A stretch of DNA of 41,315 nucleotides from IMG/VR virus record IMGVR_UViG_3300045988_066741; one strand, 5' to 3'. Under the pieces are notes generated by a model. It had not been told where the DNA came from. It saw only the letters and a program-made list of their open reading frames with translations, and did no database searches. Source of the stretch: a virus. Below are positions 30,727 to 40,156 of the stretch, in pieces (within the stretch, counting starts at the first letter, position 1; each line of letters starts with the position of its first letter). The position numbers and the translations under genes were made by a program.

Positions 30727-31071
30727 CTATATGCAGATATCATCGATATCTGCCGTGTCTATCGTAGGTATGCTGGTGACGTCTCCCGGGTCGCCTTTTG
30801 GTCCGGGGTCTCCTTTTTCGCCGGGGTCCCCCTTAGGACCTGGATCTCCTTTAGCTCCGGGGTCACCCTTAGGACCTGGATCTCCTTTCTCACCTGGGTC
30901 GCCCTTAGGTCCAGGCGGTCCTTCTGGTCCGGGATCTCCTTTTTCTCCAGATGATGTTTTTGCCTTCACCATAGCCAGCAGTAGCTTTCCCTGTCGGGCT
31001 GATAGTGGTCTGTCTGGACTTCCGGAGTCCAGAGTATCCTCGACGTCTTTTTTGAATAGTAAATCTGACAT
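30727..31071 (-). CDS. Collagen-like (G-X-Y) fibre protein
   Basis: 18 uninterrupted G-X-Y triplets ([19 protein letters not shown]...). The N-terminus carries the [10 protein letters not shown] fibre motif. ATG at 31071 follows GGAGGATCCT. Confidence 0.85.
   Translation of the reverse strand: MSDLLFKKDVEDTLDSGSPDRPLSARQGKLLLAMVKAKTSSGEKGDPGPEGPPGPKGDPGEKGDPGPKGDPGAKGDPGPKGDPGEKGDPGPKGDPGDVTSIPTIDTADIDDICI
30787..30948. repeat. Coding tandem repeat (9-nt period) encoding G-X-Y
   Basis: Repeated ggwcctggrtctcct-type units that correspond to the collagen triplets. Confidence 0.9.
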
Positions 31072-31082
31072 AGGATCCTCCA

Positions 31083-31697
31083 CTAGGCCGTGGCGGAGTC
31101 AATGTCTGCGTTCTCCATCGGTATCATGCCCTTGGAGATTTCTTCATAGTTTGTCTTTGTTCTGTTCATGAAATCCGTGAACTGTGCATCATATCCAGCC
31201 GTCGGGATTCTGTCTGTCCCGTCAATCACCAGCCCGCAGTACGTCTGATTCAGTCTTGTGTCTTCGATGTCTTCTGCGGATATCTCTGATGCATTAGCCC
31301 TGACTCGCACTATTGCAAGGATTATTTCATATACTGAGGCCGTTCTTACCGGTTCAGAGGGTTTAGATCCGCTGCCTTTCACACTCACAAGCGCACACTT
31401 GTTCGTGTCTTTCGTGTACCGCACGGCGATGTAGTCATATCTGGTCGTGCTTTCTGCAGTCGGGATTGTCAGTCCTTCCGTGGCGTTACTGCCGTAGGTG
31501 ATTCCGCCTACTCCTCCTTTGGCTGTCAGCAGGAAGGCATAGCCTGGCTTTACGTCCACAGCCATCCGTCCTGTTGCTGATACCTGGAGGTCGCTTCCTG
31601 TTGCATTAAAGATTCCCGGTGTCCTGGCTACATGAAAAAGCCGGACGTCCTCAGCCAGGTAGTTGGTATCGTCCAGCGGATATGCTTTTTGTGTCAT
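31083..31697 (-). CDS. Putative baseplate/fibre structural protein
   Basis: 204 aa. ATGA-coupled to the upstream tail gene. No secure family assignment. Confidence 0.5.
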   Translation of the reverse strand: MTQKAYPLDDTNYLAEDVRLFHVARTPGIFNATGSDLQVSATGRMAVDVKPGYAFLLTAKGGVGGITYGSNATEGLTIPTAESTTRYDYIAVRYTKDTNKCALVSVKGSGSKPSEPVRTASVYEIILAIVRVRANASEISAEDIEDTRLNQTYCGLVIDGTDRIPTAGYDAQFTDFMNRTKTNYEEISKGMIPMENADIDSATA

Positions 31698-32737
31698 TTC
31701 AGTACCTCCATTTTTTCTATACTGAGCTCCAGCGTGATCTTCGTGTTTGTGTTCTGCTCCTCGACGATGTTAAGGCCTGTGATTCGCGCAAGATTTGCTA
31801 CTTTGAATCTCTTGCTGATCACAGGAACAAGGTCGCCCAGGTCGTAGTCTCTTCCAAGAACTGCGATGCGGTTCTCTTCGTTCAGTTCGCATTCGAACTG
31901 GTACGCTTTGCTCAGCATCTCTGCGTACTTCTGATGCCCTCGTGCATTGAGGAGAGCCGTATATTCCTCGGTACTGTAGGTATGCTCGTTACCGTTGTCG
32001 TCCTCATAGGTTGACTGCAGATCTCTCGCATCTACATATTTCTCGATGGCGGCTTCTCCTTCTCCTCTTGCGTCAATGATGACGCTCGTTCGGCTGGCTC
32101 CGTTCTCCTCGCCAAGCACGTAGATGTAGTTGAAATACTCGGACAGATCTTTTGTGTATTCCTGGCTGGCTATGTTCCCCAGGTCATCGCTGAATCGCGC
32201 GTTTTTAGCCTGTTTTCCCTCGTATATCTCCAGGACGTTCATGTGTCCGTCCTTTACGATTTCGCGCCACCCCAGCCCTGATTCCTGGCAGAAATCGGCA
32301 AAGGATTCCCGCAGTGTCTGCCAGGTAGTCTCTGTTCGTGCTACCTTGGCCGTCAGTCCTTTTGACGGTGCCAGCGTGATGTCCAGTCCTCTCTGGTTGT
32401 TCGTGACCAGCTTTCTCAGTCCTTCCTCCACGTTTGTTATTGCCAGCGTATCTGTATTGATGCGGTCGCCCAGGTTGTCGAGGCTGCCGTGGATGATCAG
32501 GTCATCCCCGTCTGCGTTCTGGTCGCTTCTCTGCACGTAGTCAATGAACAGGATCTCATTTCTCTCCTGGCAGACAACTCTGTTGTGTTCTACCAGGTAT
32601 CTGACGTTTTCGGCTGTCGGTCTTGCATGAATTTCTGCAGAGCCGCTTTCCCAGTATCTGGGCTTCCATTGAATAGATGTTACATTCTGCAGCAGAGCCT
32701 GCTTCTTACCGTTCTGGTCATAGATCAAGTAGTTCAT
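31694..32737 (-). CDS. Tail-associated protein (siphovirus Gp37-like / Tal-type position)
   Basis: 347 aa, directly after Dit. The N-terminal pattern YLIYDQNGKKQALLQNVTSIQWKPRYWESGSAEIHA resembles the Gp37-like family. Confidence 0.6.
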   Translation of the reverse strand: MNYLIYDQNGKKQALLQNVTSIQWKPRYWESGSAEIHARPTAENVRYLVEHNRVVCQERNEILFIDYVQRSDQNADGDDLIIHGSLDNLGDRINTDTLAITNVEEGLRKLVTNNQRGLDITLAPSKGLTAKVARTETTWQTLRESFADFCQESGLGWREIVKDGHMNVLEIYEGKQAKNARFSDDLGNIASQEYTKDLSEYFNYIYVLGEENGASRTSVIIDARGEGEAAIEKYVDARDLQSTYEDDNGNEHTYSTEEYTALLNARGHQKYAEMLSKAYQFECELNEENRIAVLGRDYDLGDLVPVISKRFKVANLARITGLNIVEEQNTNTKITLELSIEKMEVLK

Positions 32738-33603
32738 TACACACCTGCCAGTGATTCTTCAAAGCTGAGGGTAACCTCCAGGCTTGATTCTTTTTCCTGC
32801 GCACTGTAGCGCAGAGTGTTGGCTCCTCTTGCCAGCAGAAAGAACGTACTGTCATAGTCCATGTATTCAAAGGCGTTCTTCGTGCCTTCGGATGTGGTCA
32901 GCAGTACTTCTCTTGCGTTGATCATCGTGTTTACGCTCAGCTCATCGCCGAGGTTCAGCGTAAGCTGAGAGAACGAAACGTTCTCTCGCGTGTCTACGTT
33001 AAGCAGTTTCGGGCCCTTCACTCCATCCGTGAGCGCCTTGAACTTCACTGTGAAGCCTGCTGGTATGTCGCCTCTGTTGATGAGGGTCTGCAGTGGCTCG
33101 ATGATTCTTGATGAGATCTTCCACGGCGTCCTGGAAGAGTACGCTTGTGGAAATCTGAAGCTGGACTGCAGATAGGAGAAGCTCTTGTTTTCTTCCTCTG
33201 TCGTCCTTGGATATGGGTACGGCATCTTCATCGTGAACTGGAAGTTCTGCCATACGGGGTTCGTCGAGATGTCCGGTGTTTTTGTGGGCTGTCCTTCCCA
33301 GTAGACATCTACATTTTCTACGGTGTTCTGGTAGCGAAGTCTTGCCTTGATTCCCGGCAGAATGACTGCCAGCAGTCTCTTTCTGGTTGCCGGGGTATAA
33401 AGGTATCGTCCTTCGATGGTCATCGTTCGAGACTGAATGGAGGCACCGGTAATGCTTGAGCCCACCTGGTTGGTTACCGTTGCCTCGCTCAGCTCGATGC
33501 TGTTGGCCGACAGGCCATCGATGCCAGTGATCCGGATGTCGCTGTTTCTGGAGAACTCTATGGAGTCTCCGTATTCATTTGTATACGTTACGATTACTGC
33601 CAT
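32737..33603 (-). CDS. Distal tail protein (Dit)
   Basis: 288 aa, immediately after the tape measure. The N-terminus EFSRNSDIRITGIDGLSANSIELSE is typical of siphovirus tail-component proteins. Confidence 0.7.
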   Translation of the reverse strand: MAVIVTYTNEYGDSIEFSRNSDIRITGIDGLSANSIELSEATVTNQVGSSITGASIQSRTMTIEGRYLYTPATRKRLLAVILPGIKARLRYQNTVENVDVYWEGQPTKTPDISTNPVWQNFQFTMKMPYPYPRTTEEENKSFSYLQSSFRFPQAYSSRTPWKISSRIIEPLQTLINRGDIPAGFTVKFKALTDGVKGPKLLNVDTRENVSFSQLTLNLGDELSVNTMINAREVLLTTSEGTKNAFEYMDYDSTFFLLARGANTLRYSAQEKESSLEVTLSFEESLAGV

Positions 33604-35981
33604 GCTGCTCTCCTTATCGCGTTCTTCGTTTCCTGCGCCATCTCTGATGGTGACAGTGCGTCATGTGAGTTGACTGTCTGATTGACCACGTATGTGTTTC
33701 CTGTACCCTTTGCTTCTCCCGGATTGAACGAATGTCCTTCCAGGTTGATTCTTGTCGCCAGGCTGTCGCTGTCAAGTGTGTTGAGCATTTCAGCACTTGC
33801 CTTTTCCATGTAGCGAATGGCATCAGGCATAGTCCTTTTAAGTCCGTTTATGACACCAGGTCCTACCCATCGTGCTTCTTTATCGAATTCCTTCGACGGT
33901 GAGCCGATGCCGAGTGCGTCCTTGAAGCCATCTACCAGACCGTGGGCCAGGTTCCCGAACCAGCTTGTCAGTCCGCTCCAGGCGTTCTTGATGCCGTTCT
34001 TGATGCCGTCTACGATGTCTCCGCCAAGTGACAGCATCTTTCCTGGTATCTTCTTCACTTCATCGACCAGTCCGTCTTTGAACTTCGTTCCTGCGTCTAT
34101 GGCCTTGTTCTTCATGTCTGTCACCCAGCTTCCAATGTTATGGATAGTAGTCAGCAGCCATGCCTGAATCTGTCCAGGCAGCTGTCTGAACCAGTTGATG
34201 ATGTTCGTCAGGAATTCAGACGCCGCTTCTTTTCCATCGCTGATCATGTCGGTGCCCCACTGGGCGATATTGCTGAGAACGGCAAGCAGCCATGACCAGA
34301 TCTGTCCCGGCAGCTGCATGAACCAGTCGATTACGCTCTGGATGAACTGTGGGACTGTCGTTGTCGCAAAGTTGATCAGGTTCTGCCCGAACTCTGCAAT
34401 TTTTCCAATGATCCAGCCGATTCCGTATCCGATGCCGTACGGAAGGTCTACCGTGAAAAACTGAATCACGGCCTGTACAAAGCTCGAGATTGCCTGCGGA
34501 ATGGTCTCCGTGAAGAACACGACGACGCTGTCTGCTACGCTCTGACACGCCTCTACAAAGCTGTTGAATGCCTCAGGTATTGTCTCTGTGAAGAATGTTA
34601 CGACTCCATCCACGACTGTTCCTGCTGTGGTCTTTACTGTGTCCCACAGCCCGATCCAGAAGTTTCTAAAGTCTTCGCTCGTGTTCCAGAGATAAAGGAA
34701 TCCCGCCACGAGCGCTGCAATTGCCGTGATGATGACTCCGAATGGATTACTTACAAAGGCTGCGGACAAAAGGTTCCACGCCTTTGAAACATTGAAGATT
34801 GCGTTCAGGAAGTTGATTTTCAGCAGATCTGTTACCTTCTGCAATGTACTTAGAAAATTCCATGTTGCAAATGCCACGCCGATTGCAATGATCGCCGGTG
34901 ACAGTGAATCAAGTACTCCGGTTACTGCTGGAATGTTGTCAATAAGCCACTTCAGCGCCTCCTTGATTACATCGACTGCTCCTCCTGCGTTCTGCTGGAC
35001 GTAGTCGACCACGGTCCGTATGGCGTTTGTCAGATTCGGCATGGAATCGCCTACCTTCTTCACCAGGTCGATGATTCCGTTCAGGATCGCTGGCATGTTG
35101 TCAGCCACCCAGTTCAGTCCGTTTTTAATCACGGACCCGAAGTCTGCGATCATGGTCTGAATGCTTGGAAGTCCAGAATCCTGGACAAAGCTGTTGAATG
35201 CTGTAATTACATTGGCCACACCGATTGCGATTCTTGCGCTCATGTTTGAGAAGCTCGTTGCAAAGCTTCCGGCCATTTCCTTGGCTTTTCCTGCAACTGC
35301 AGGGAAGCTCTGTGTTCCGTTTTCGAGGGCATCTGTAAGAATGGCATCGAAATCCTGCGCACTGATCTTTCCCTTTGAGAATGCGTCGGAAACTTCGGCC
35401 ATGCTCTTTCCAGTCTTTTCCGCAAAGATTTTCAGTACAGGAATTCCTGCATCTGTCAGTCTCTGCCACTGATCAGCACTGATCTTACCGCTTGAGTTCA
35501 TCTTCGCCATCGCGTCGACTACATTCTCCAGCGTCTCATTCGTTCCGTCTCCGTAGAAGGAGACAGCATCCATGAGGTTCTTGACCATGCGTGCTGAATC
35601 GTCAAGATCAAGACCGGAAGTGGCCAGCTTCTGTGTGGAAGTTGCGGCGGCGTCCAGCCCGTATGCCGTATCGCTTACGGCATCTGTCAGTCCCTGGACG
35701 ACCTGCGAGGCTTTTTCTGCGCTTCCTGAAAGAATGCCCATTACATTCGTGGCCTTGCCCATCGCGTCAAGTCTTGCCGTTGCCTTGCCGACGGAGCCTG
35801 CTATCAGCTGATAGCCCTTTGAAGCTACAGAGAACAGTGTCTTGCCTACGAATGTGCCCTTTATGATGTCTGCCATTGAAGAGGATTTCTTGGCTACGTT
35901 CTTCAGACTTTTTTCATATCCGTCTGTCTCCAGCTTCAGCTGGATCGTAATCTGGCCATCAGTTTGTGTGAATGCTGGCAT
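33594..35981 (-). CDS. Tail tape measure protein
   Basis: 795 aa. TP901-type core (GLDLDDSARMVKNLMDAVSFYGDG...GKISADQWQRLTDAGIPV). Hydrophobic internal repeats (WF.QLPGQI..WLL). Confidence 0.9.
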   Translation of the reverse strand: MPAFTQTDGQITIQLKLETDGYEKSLKNVAKKSSSMADIIKGTFVGKTLFSVASKGYQLIAGSVGKATARLDAMGKATNVMGILSGSAEKASQVVQGLTDAVSDTAYGLDAAATSTQKLATSGLDLDDSARMVKNLMDAVSFYGDGTNETLENVVDAMAKMNSSGKISADQWQRLTDAGIPVLKIFAEKTGKSMAEVSDAFSKGKISAQDFDAILTDALENGTQSFPAVAGKAKEMAGSFATSFSNMSARIAIGVANVITAFNSFVQDSGLPSIQTMIADFGSVIKNGLNWVADNMPAILNGIIDLVKKVGDSMPNLTNAIRTVVDYVQQNAGGAVDVIKEALKWLIDNIPAVTGVLDSLSPAIIAIGVAFATWNFLSTLQKVTDLLKINFLNAIFNVSKAWNLLSAAFVSNPFGVIITAIAALVAGFLYLWNTSEDFRNFWIGLWDTVKTTAGTVVDGVVTFFTETIPEAFNSFVEACQSVADSVVVFFTETIPQAISSFVQAVIQFFTVDLPYGIGYGIGWIIGKIAEFGQNLINFATTTVPQFIQSVIDWFMQLPGQIWSWLLAVLSNIAQWGTDMISDGKEAASEFLTNIINWFRQLPGQIQAWLLTTIHNIGSWVTDMKNKAIDAGTKFKDGLVDEVKKIPGKMLSLGGDIVDGIKNGIKNAWSGLTSWFGNLAHGLVDGFKDALGIGSPSKEFDKEARWVGPGVINGLKRTMPDAIRYMEKASAEMLNTLDSDSLATRINLEGHSFNPGEAKGTGNTYVVNQTVNSHDALSPSEMAQETKNAIRRAAWQ

Positions 35982-35993
35982 GCTTCCTCCTTT

Positions 35994-36590
35994 CTATGTG
36001 TTTAGTTTTGCTAACAGTTCCGCTTCGATTTCGTGCGGATCTCTTTCCTCCTGTGTGCTGTCGTCTGGAACCTTCCAGTATCGCTTCAGCTTTTCTGCCT
36101 GTGCCTTCTCCTCGCCTTTCAGCTTGGAAGTATCACGGAGTCTGGCCTGTACGACCTTTATGAACTGCGTCTGTTCTGTCAGTCCGTCCAGCAGCGCCCT
36201 GAATTCGAACCAGTGAAGATCTGCGGTCAGCAGGTTGATTCCGTACTGCTGTATGAATGCTGCATATATCAGCCACCAGTCACAGTCGAACCTGTATGCT
36301 GTTGCCCTGCTGGAACTTACCACTTCTCCTCTGGGTTCCTGCTCGCACATGTAGAATTTAAAAATGCCAGCCCACAGGTCTGGTATCGTCACGTCTAAAT
36401 TCGTTAGATCCAGGCCTATGTACTGACATATGACAGGCAGTTTGGCTTCCTTTGGAATCTGACGGTCCTTCATGATGAGGTCCGCTTTTATCCAGCTTCT
36501 GAAGTCTGCAGAGACTGGAATCTCCAGATCATCTGCGATGATTCTTGTAGGTAGCTCTTCCTGCGAAATTGCGAGCATTGCTTGCTCCAT
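35994..36590 (-). CDS. Phage Gp15-like tail assembly protein
   Basis: 198 aa. SADFRSWIK...YRFDCDWWLIYAAFIQQYGINLL...LHWFEFRALLDGL is the Gp15-family pattern. Sits upstream of the tape measure. Confidence 0.7.
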   Translation of the reverse strand: MEQAMLAISQEELPTRIIADDLEIPVSADFRSWIKADLIMKDRQIPKEAKLPVICQYIGLDLTNLDVTIPDLWAGIFKFYMCEQEPRGEVVSSSRATAYRFDCDWWLIYAAFIQQYGINLLTADLHWFEFRALLDGLTEQTQFIKVVQARLRDTSKLKGEEKAQAEKLKRYWKVPDDSTQEERDPHEIEAELLAKLNT

Positions 36591-36993
36591 ACTTTGCCTG
36601 TGCGATATTCTGTGCCTTTGTCAGAGTTTCCAGGCTCTTGGCCATCTGGTCGAGCTGGCTGACCGCAGTCTGCGTATCGCGCATGCGTGCTTCTCTTTCG
36701 TCTTTCATGAATTCGTCCTGAAGAACTCTGACCAGGTCCAGACATAAATAAAAAGGCGCCACGCTCGTGTTCATTCCTTTGAACAGACGTGCGTACGCTC
36801 CTCCTCCCAGCATCTTGTCGATTGTTCTGTGGCACAGATCAATCAGTGCGTCATCGATGGTTTCTACTTCGGCCGTAGCCTTTGTGAATTCATCAGCGGC
36901 CTGCAGTGCCTTCAGGCTGTTGCAGTCCATCTGGAATGTTTCACCTTCGATATTCAGTGTTTTGATATTTTCCTTCTGCAGTTTCAGTTCCAT
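36529..36993 (-). CDS. Tail assembly chaperone
   Basis: 154 aa, between the major tail protein and Gp15-like/TMP. Overlaps the next ORF by 62 nt. Confidence 0.6.
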   Translation of the reverse strand: MELKLQKENIKTLNIEGETFQMDCNSLKALQAADEFTKATAEVETIDDALIDLCHRTIDKMLGGGAYARLFKGMNTSVAPFYLCLDLVRVLQDEFMKDEREARMRDTQTAVSQLDQMAKSLETLTKAQNIAQAKYGASNARNFAGRATYKNHRR

Positions 36994-37020
36994 GGTTGCC
37001 TCCTGTCTTTCATTGAAGTG

Positions 37021-37515
37021 TTATTCTGCCGCGTCAGCGGTGAATGTTTTCGATTTGATATTGTATCTACCGACTTCCTGGTCTCCCTGCTGTGCAAATG
37101 TACCGGATACCGTCAATTTTGCACCCGCTTCTCCTGAGCCCGGATTGTCTGGCTGTACTTCATATGTTCTGTGGTATGCCTTGTATTCGCCGACTCCTGG
37201 CGTCACTTCGTTCCATGTTTCTACTTCTACTTCTTCAAATGTCGCATGGATCTTCTGTTCCTTGCCGACGGAATAGAGCCAGTAGGCAAAGTCATCACCC
37301 GGGTATGCTCTTCCTTCGTAGGATACTGAGGGTGCGTAGCCTGTGAGCTGGCTTGTCTTGTTTGTTTCGGCGATGTACTGCACGCCTTCATCTGTTTCCG
37401 GGTTGAGAGCCTGTTCCCAGTTTGTCAGCCCTTTGTTTGCGAGGACATATTCCTTGTCAAACTTTACGTAGTGGAGGTTTTCTTCCACTTTGATTTCTCT
37501 GTTTGGTAGTGTCAT
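37021..37515 (-). CDS. Major tail protein
   Basis: 164 aa from the ATG at 37515. Its position before the chaperones and its beta-rich sequence support the call. The ORF-track start at 37542 overlaps the upstream gene. Confidence 0.6.
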   Translation of the reverse strand: MTLPNREIKVEENLHYVKFDKEYVLANKGLTNWEQALNPETDEGVQYIAETNKTSQLTGYAPSVSYEGRAYPGDDFAYWLYSVGKEQKIHATFEEVEVETWNEVTPGVGEYKAYHRTYEVQPDNPGSGEAGAKLTVSGTFAQQGDQEVGRYNIKSKTFTADAAE

Positions 37516-37516
37516 A

Positions 37517-37963
37517 TCAGTCCCATTTTCCTTTCTTTTCATAGGTTAGTATGAACGAGCAGTAAAAGGTAGACAGCTTTGTGCCTTCCCCTGTGTAGTC
37601 TGCAGGCAGTGTGGTCATTTCTATTTCCTGTGCCACAGCATCGTCCAGCATGAGGTTTGGAAAGCCTGCGCTTTGCTCTTCCTCCAGCACCTGGTGGATT
37701 GCCTCCAGTATCCTGGAAAGGTCCAGCCTTGCCTTTGTATCTTTTCTGCTTGCTTGAATATAAATCTCAAACGGAAATTCTGCGCGGTATCCGCCACCCA
37801 GGTAGGATTCCCTTTCTTTTCCGTATCCCTGCCTTTTGAACAGCAGGGCTGTCTGTGTACTGTTTTCGAAGTACTCCAGGTTCCACGGAATGCCATTGAT
37901 GTCAATCTTTGACATGTACCTGTACAGTCCGTCTTCGATCTGCTTTACGTCTTCCAGTTTCAT
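37517..37963 (-). CDS. Head-tail joining / tail terminator-type protein
   Basis: ATGA-coupled start at 37963. 148 aa. Assigned by position. Confidence 0.5.
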   Translation of the reverse strand: MKLEDVKQIEDGLYRYMSKIDINGIPWNLEYFENSTQTALLFKRQGYGKERESYLGGGYRAEFPFEIYIQASRKDTKARLDLSRILEAIHQVLEEEQSAGFPNLMLDDAVAQEIEMTTLPADYTGEGTKLSTFYCSFILTYEKKGKWD

Positions 37964-38376
37964 CGATTGAACTCCTTTTTGAACAGTGCGCCCGCCAGTC
38001 TGTCCCAGGATGAGCCTCTCTGCGTGAACGTCTTCTCTACCCATCGTGATCCGCCCTGTCTGTAGGTCAGGTTGCGGTTTGTGTAGATTTTCTTTTCCCC
38101 ATAGTGTGCCCACGGGCTGTGGCTGGTTTCGCCAATCATGACTTTACCGGTATGCTGGAAGTGCGCATACGGCGTATCCCACACGATATAGTCATTTGTC
38201 AGCGGTGCCCATCTCAGAGCTGAGTTCCTGAGGGCTCCTGTCTTGAGCGGTACGTTTGCATTGCAGTCCTTGATGATTCTCAGCTTGATCATTGGCTTGA
38301 TCTTTTGCAGACACCTCTTTGTTCGTGCCGTGATGCTGTCGACAGGAAAGTCGACAGTAACTTCTGTATCAATCAT
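37960..38376 (-). CDS. Minor capsid / HK97 gp10-like neck protein
   Basis: 138 aa. NVPLKTGALRNS...WDTPYAHFQH is a pattern seen in gp10/minor-capsid families. Confidence 0.55.
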   Translation of the reverse strand: MIDTEVTVDFPVDSITARTKRCLQKIKPMIKLRIIKDCNANVPLKTGALRNSALRWAPLTNDYIVWDTPYAHFQHTGKVMIGETSHSPWAHYGEKKIYTNRNLTYRQGGSRWVEKTFTQRGSSWDRLAGALFKKEFNR

Positions 38377-38741
38377 TCGGCCTGCACCTCTATGAATTCC
38401 GGTTCGTTTCTCAGCGGATTTGTGTGAGTCACGCCCGTTATTTCATATTCCTGTCCCTGGTACTCCAGTCTGTCTCCTGCACGGAGCGTAAACTGCCGCA
38501 TAGGGTTTCTGAAGTTCTGCGGTTCGCTGTACTCTTTTGTTGCCTTGATGTCATTTGCATCAATAACCACGCTTACACCATCCTGGTTGCTTCTGCCGGT
38601 GTTGCCACGGCTGGAACTTCTGACGAGTTCCACCTTGACCCTTTCCAGGATTGCCTCGGAGCGCTGCTCCTGCATGTCCTTCTCCGGCAGCACATTGATT
38701 ACCTTGATTGTGTGCGGTCTCAGCCATCTTGGTGATCTCAT
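38373..38741 (-). CDS. Head closure / minor capsid-type protein
   Basis: 122 aa, ATGA-coupled. The C-terminus GDRLEYQGQEYEITGV resembles head-tail adaptor families. Confidence 0.5.
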   Translation of the reverse strand: MRSPRWLRPHTIKVINVLPEKDMQEQRSEAILERVKVELVRSSSRGNTGRSNQDGVSVVIDANDIKATKEYSEPQNFRNPMRQFTLRAGDRLEYQGQEYEITGVTHTNPLRNEPEFIEVQAE

Positions 38742-39139
38742 AGGAGCACCCTGGAGCCGAGTCCGGAGCGCATCAGCTCGTAGTCAATCTGCGTTTTTGC
38801 AACGGGTGACAGTGGCAGGTTGTACAGCTTTGGTGTACTCGAGCCGTCATCCATGGAATAACTGAACCCGCTGGTAGTTACCGTCTTCAGTGCCATGTCA
38901 TTATTTCCCTGGAAATAGTCAAGACCTCCGTGCGCATCTACAAATTCGATTTGTCTTACGATTGGTGTCTTGAGCTCGATTCCGTATTCCTCCAGAGGCC
39001 TTACCCTCCAGTACGGGATGCGGGTCTTAATGTAGGCATCGATGACTTCTTCGACCAGCGGTTCCAGTCTGTCGTAGTCCTTCTTGGATGTGATGGCTCT
39101 TCCGCCTAGATCGCTGTACTCCTCAAAGGTTACGATCAT
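38738..39139 (-). CDS. Head-tail connector candidate
   Basis: 133 aa, directly after the major capsid gene. SD GAGGTGA. Assigned by position only. Confidence 0.45.
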   Translation of the reverse strand: MIVTFEEYSDLGGRAITSKKDYDRLEPLVEEVIDAYIKTRIPYWRVRPLEEYGIELKTPIVRQIEFVDAHGGLDYFQGNNDMALKTVTTSGFSYSMDDGSSTPKLYNLPLSPVAKTQIDYELMRSGLGSRVLL

Positions 39140-39149
39140 GGTTCACCTC

Positions 39150-40142
39150 TCAGGCTGCTGCTGCGACTTTGATGTTTCTGAAGACGCCAGCCTTTGTGCT
39201 GTCCTTGAGGACGATACCTGCAACCATTTCAACTTCACCCTTCTTGACTGCGCCTGGCTTGGATAAGTCTGGGAGATATGTGTTGATGATCTTTCCGCCC
39301 TTTGGAGATACTGCATGTAATGCGTCCAGACCGAAGCATACCGCATAGATTGCTGTTGCGCCTGTCTTTGCGTCTGTGCCGACTACATCGACAGTCTTGC
39401 TGCTTGCTCCGTCGTAGTATCTGCCCATGTCAACGATTGGGATTCCATCGTAGGCGTCTACGCCTTTTCCGAAGTCGTCCTTGCTCTGTGTGTAGTAGCC
39501 CATGAGCTTGGCAATGTATTTCAAGGCTGTTGCTGTCTTGGAATTGCAGAGAAGAGCATCAGGCTTCTGTGAAAGTGTTGCGAGCCATGTATCGATCTGG
39601 AATGTGAACGCTTCGGCGTTTGCCTTGATTGCATCAACTGTAGAAAGGTCTACGGCTGCTGTTGGCTTGTATTCTGTGGAGAGGCCTGTGCAGAGTGCGT
39701 CCAATCCGTCAAATGGTGTAGTATCTGTGTCAGCCTTGCCGTTCTTTGTAGACTTGCCGTTGATAAAGTCATAGTGGAACTTGTTGGATACGGCTTTTGA
39801 CTTCTGCTGAAGCTGGAAGCTGATTTCAGATTTTGCTGCTGTTCCTTCGAGAACACGGTCTACTTCAAACGCACCACCGAAGATCTTTAAATTGATGACC
39901 TTTGTTGCACGGATTGCTTCACCTGCAGTGTATTCGCTGTTGATCTTTCTTCCTTCTGCTACAGATGGTGTCAACAATTGAGTATAGCCGTATGCGAGTG
40001 TAGATCCGCCTGTGCCTGGGGATACTGCATTATCGAATGTAAGCTTGTCTAGAATAAAAGAATCCCTGCGGAATTCATCGATTACTGTCTGGTCGATTTT
40101 ATCTGCTAGCCCGACCTTGGCTTGTGCTAGTGTTAATGGCAT
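39150..40142 (-). CDS. Major capsid protein
   Basis: 330 aa, directly after the scaffold gene. N-terminus LTLAQAKVGLADKIDQTVIDEFRRDSFILDKLTF. Strong SD. Confidence 0.8.
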   Translation of the reverse strand: MPLTLAQAKVGLADKIDQTVIDEFRRDSFILDKLTFDNAVSPGTGGSTLAYGYTQLLTPSVAEGRKINSEYTAGEAIRATKVINLKIFGGAFEVDRVLEGTAAKSEISFQLQQKSKAVSNKFHYDFINGKSTKNGKADTDTTPFDGLDALCTGLSTEYKPTAAVDLSTVDAIKANAEAFTFQIDTWLATLSQKPDALLCNSKTATALKYIAKLMGYYTQSKDDFGKGVDAYDGIPIVDMGRYYDGASSKTVDVVGTDAKTGATAIYAVCFGLDALHAVSPKGGKIINTYLPDLSKPGAVKKGEVEMVAGIVLKDSTKAGVFRNIKVAAAA

Positions 40143-40156
40143 TTATTTTCTCCTTG

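Noticed and set aside
30787-30948. Short-period DNA repeats that could be mistaken for a CRISPR array or a non-coding tandem array.
   Set aside because: The period is 9 nt, there are no unique spacers, and the repeats translate perfectly as collagen G-X-Y triplets inside a CDS.
36529-36620. A canonical -1 programmed frameshift between the tail chaperone ORFs.
   Set aside because: The downstream frame is +1 relative to the upstream one, and no slippery heptamer is present. It is kept only as a low-interest open question.
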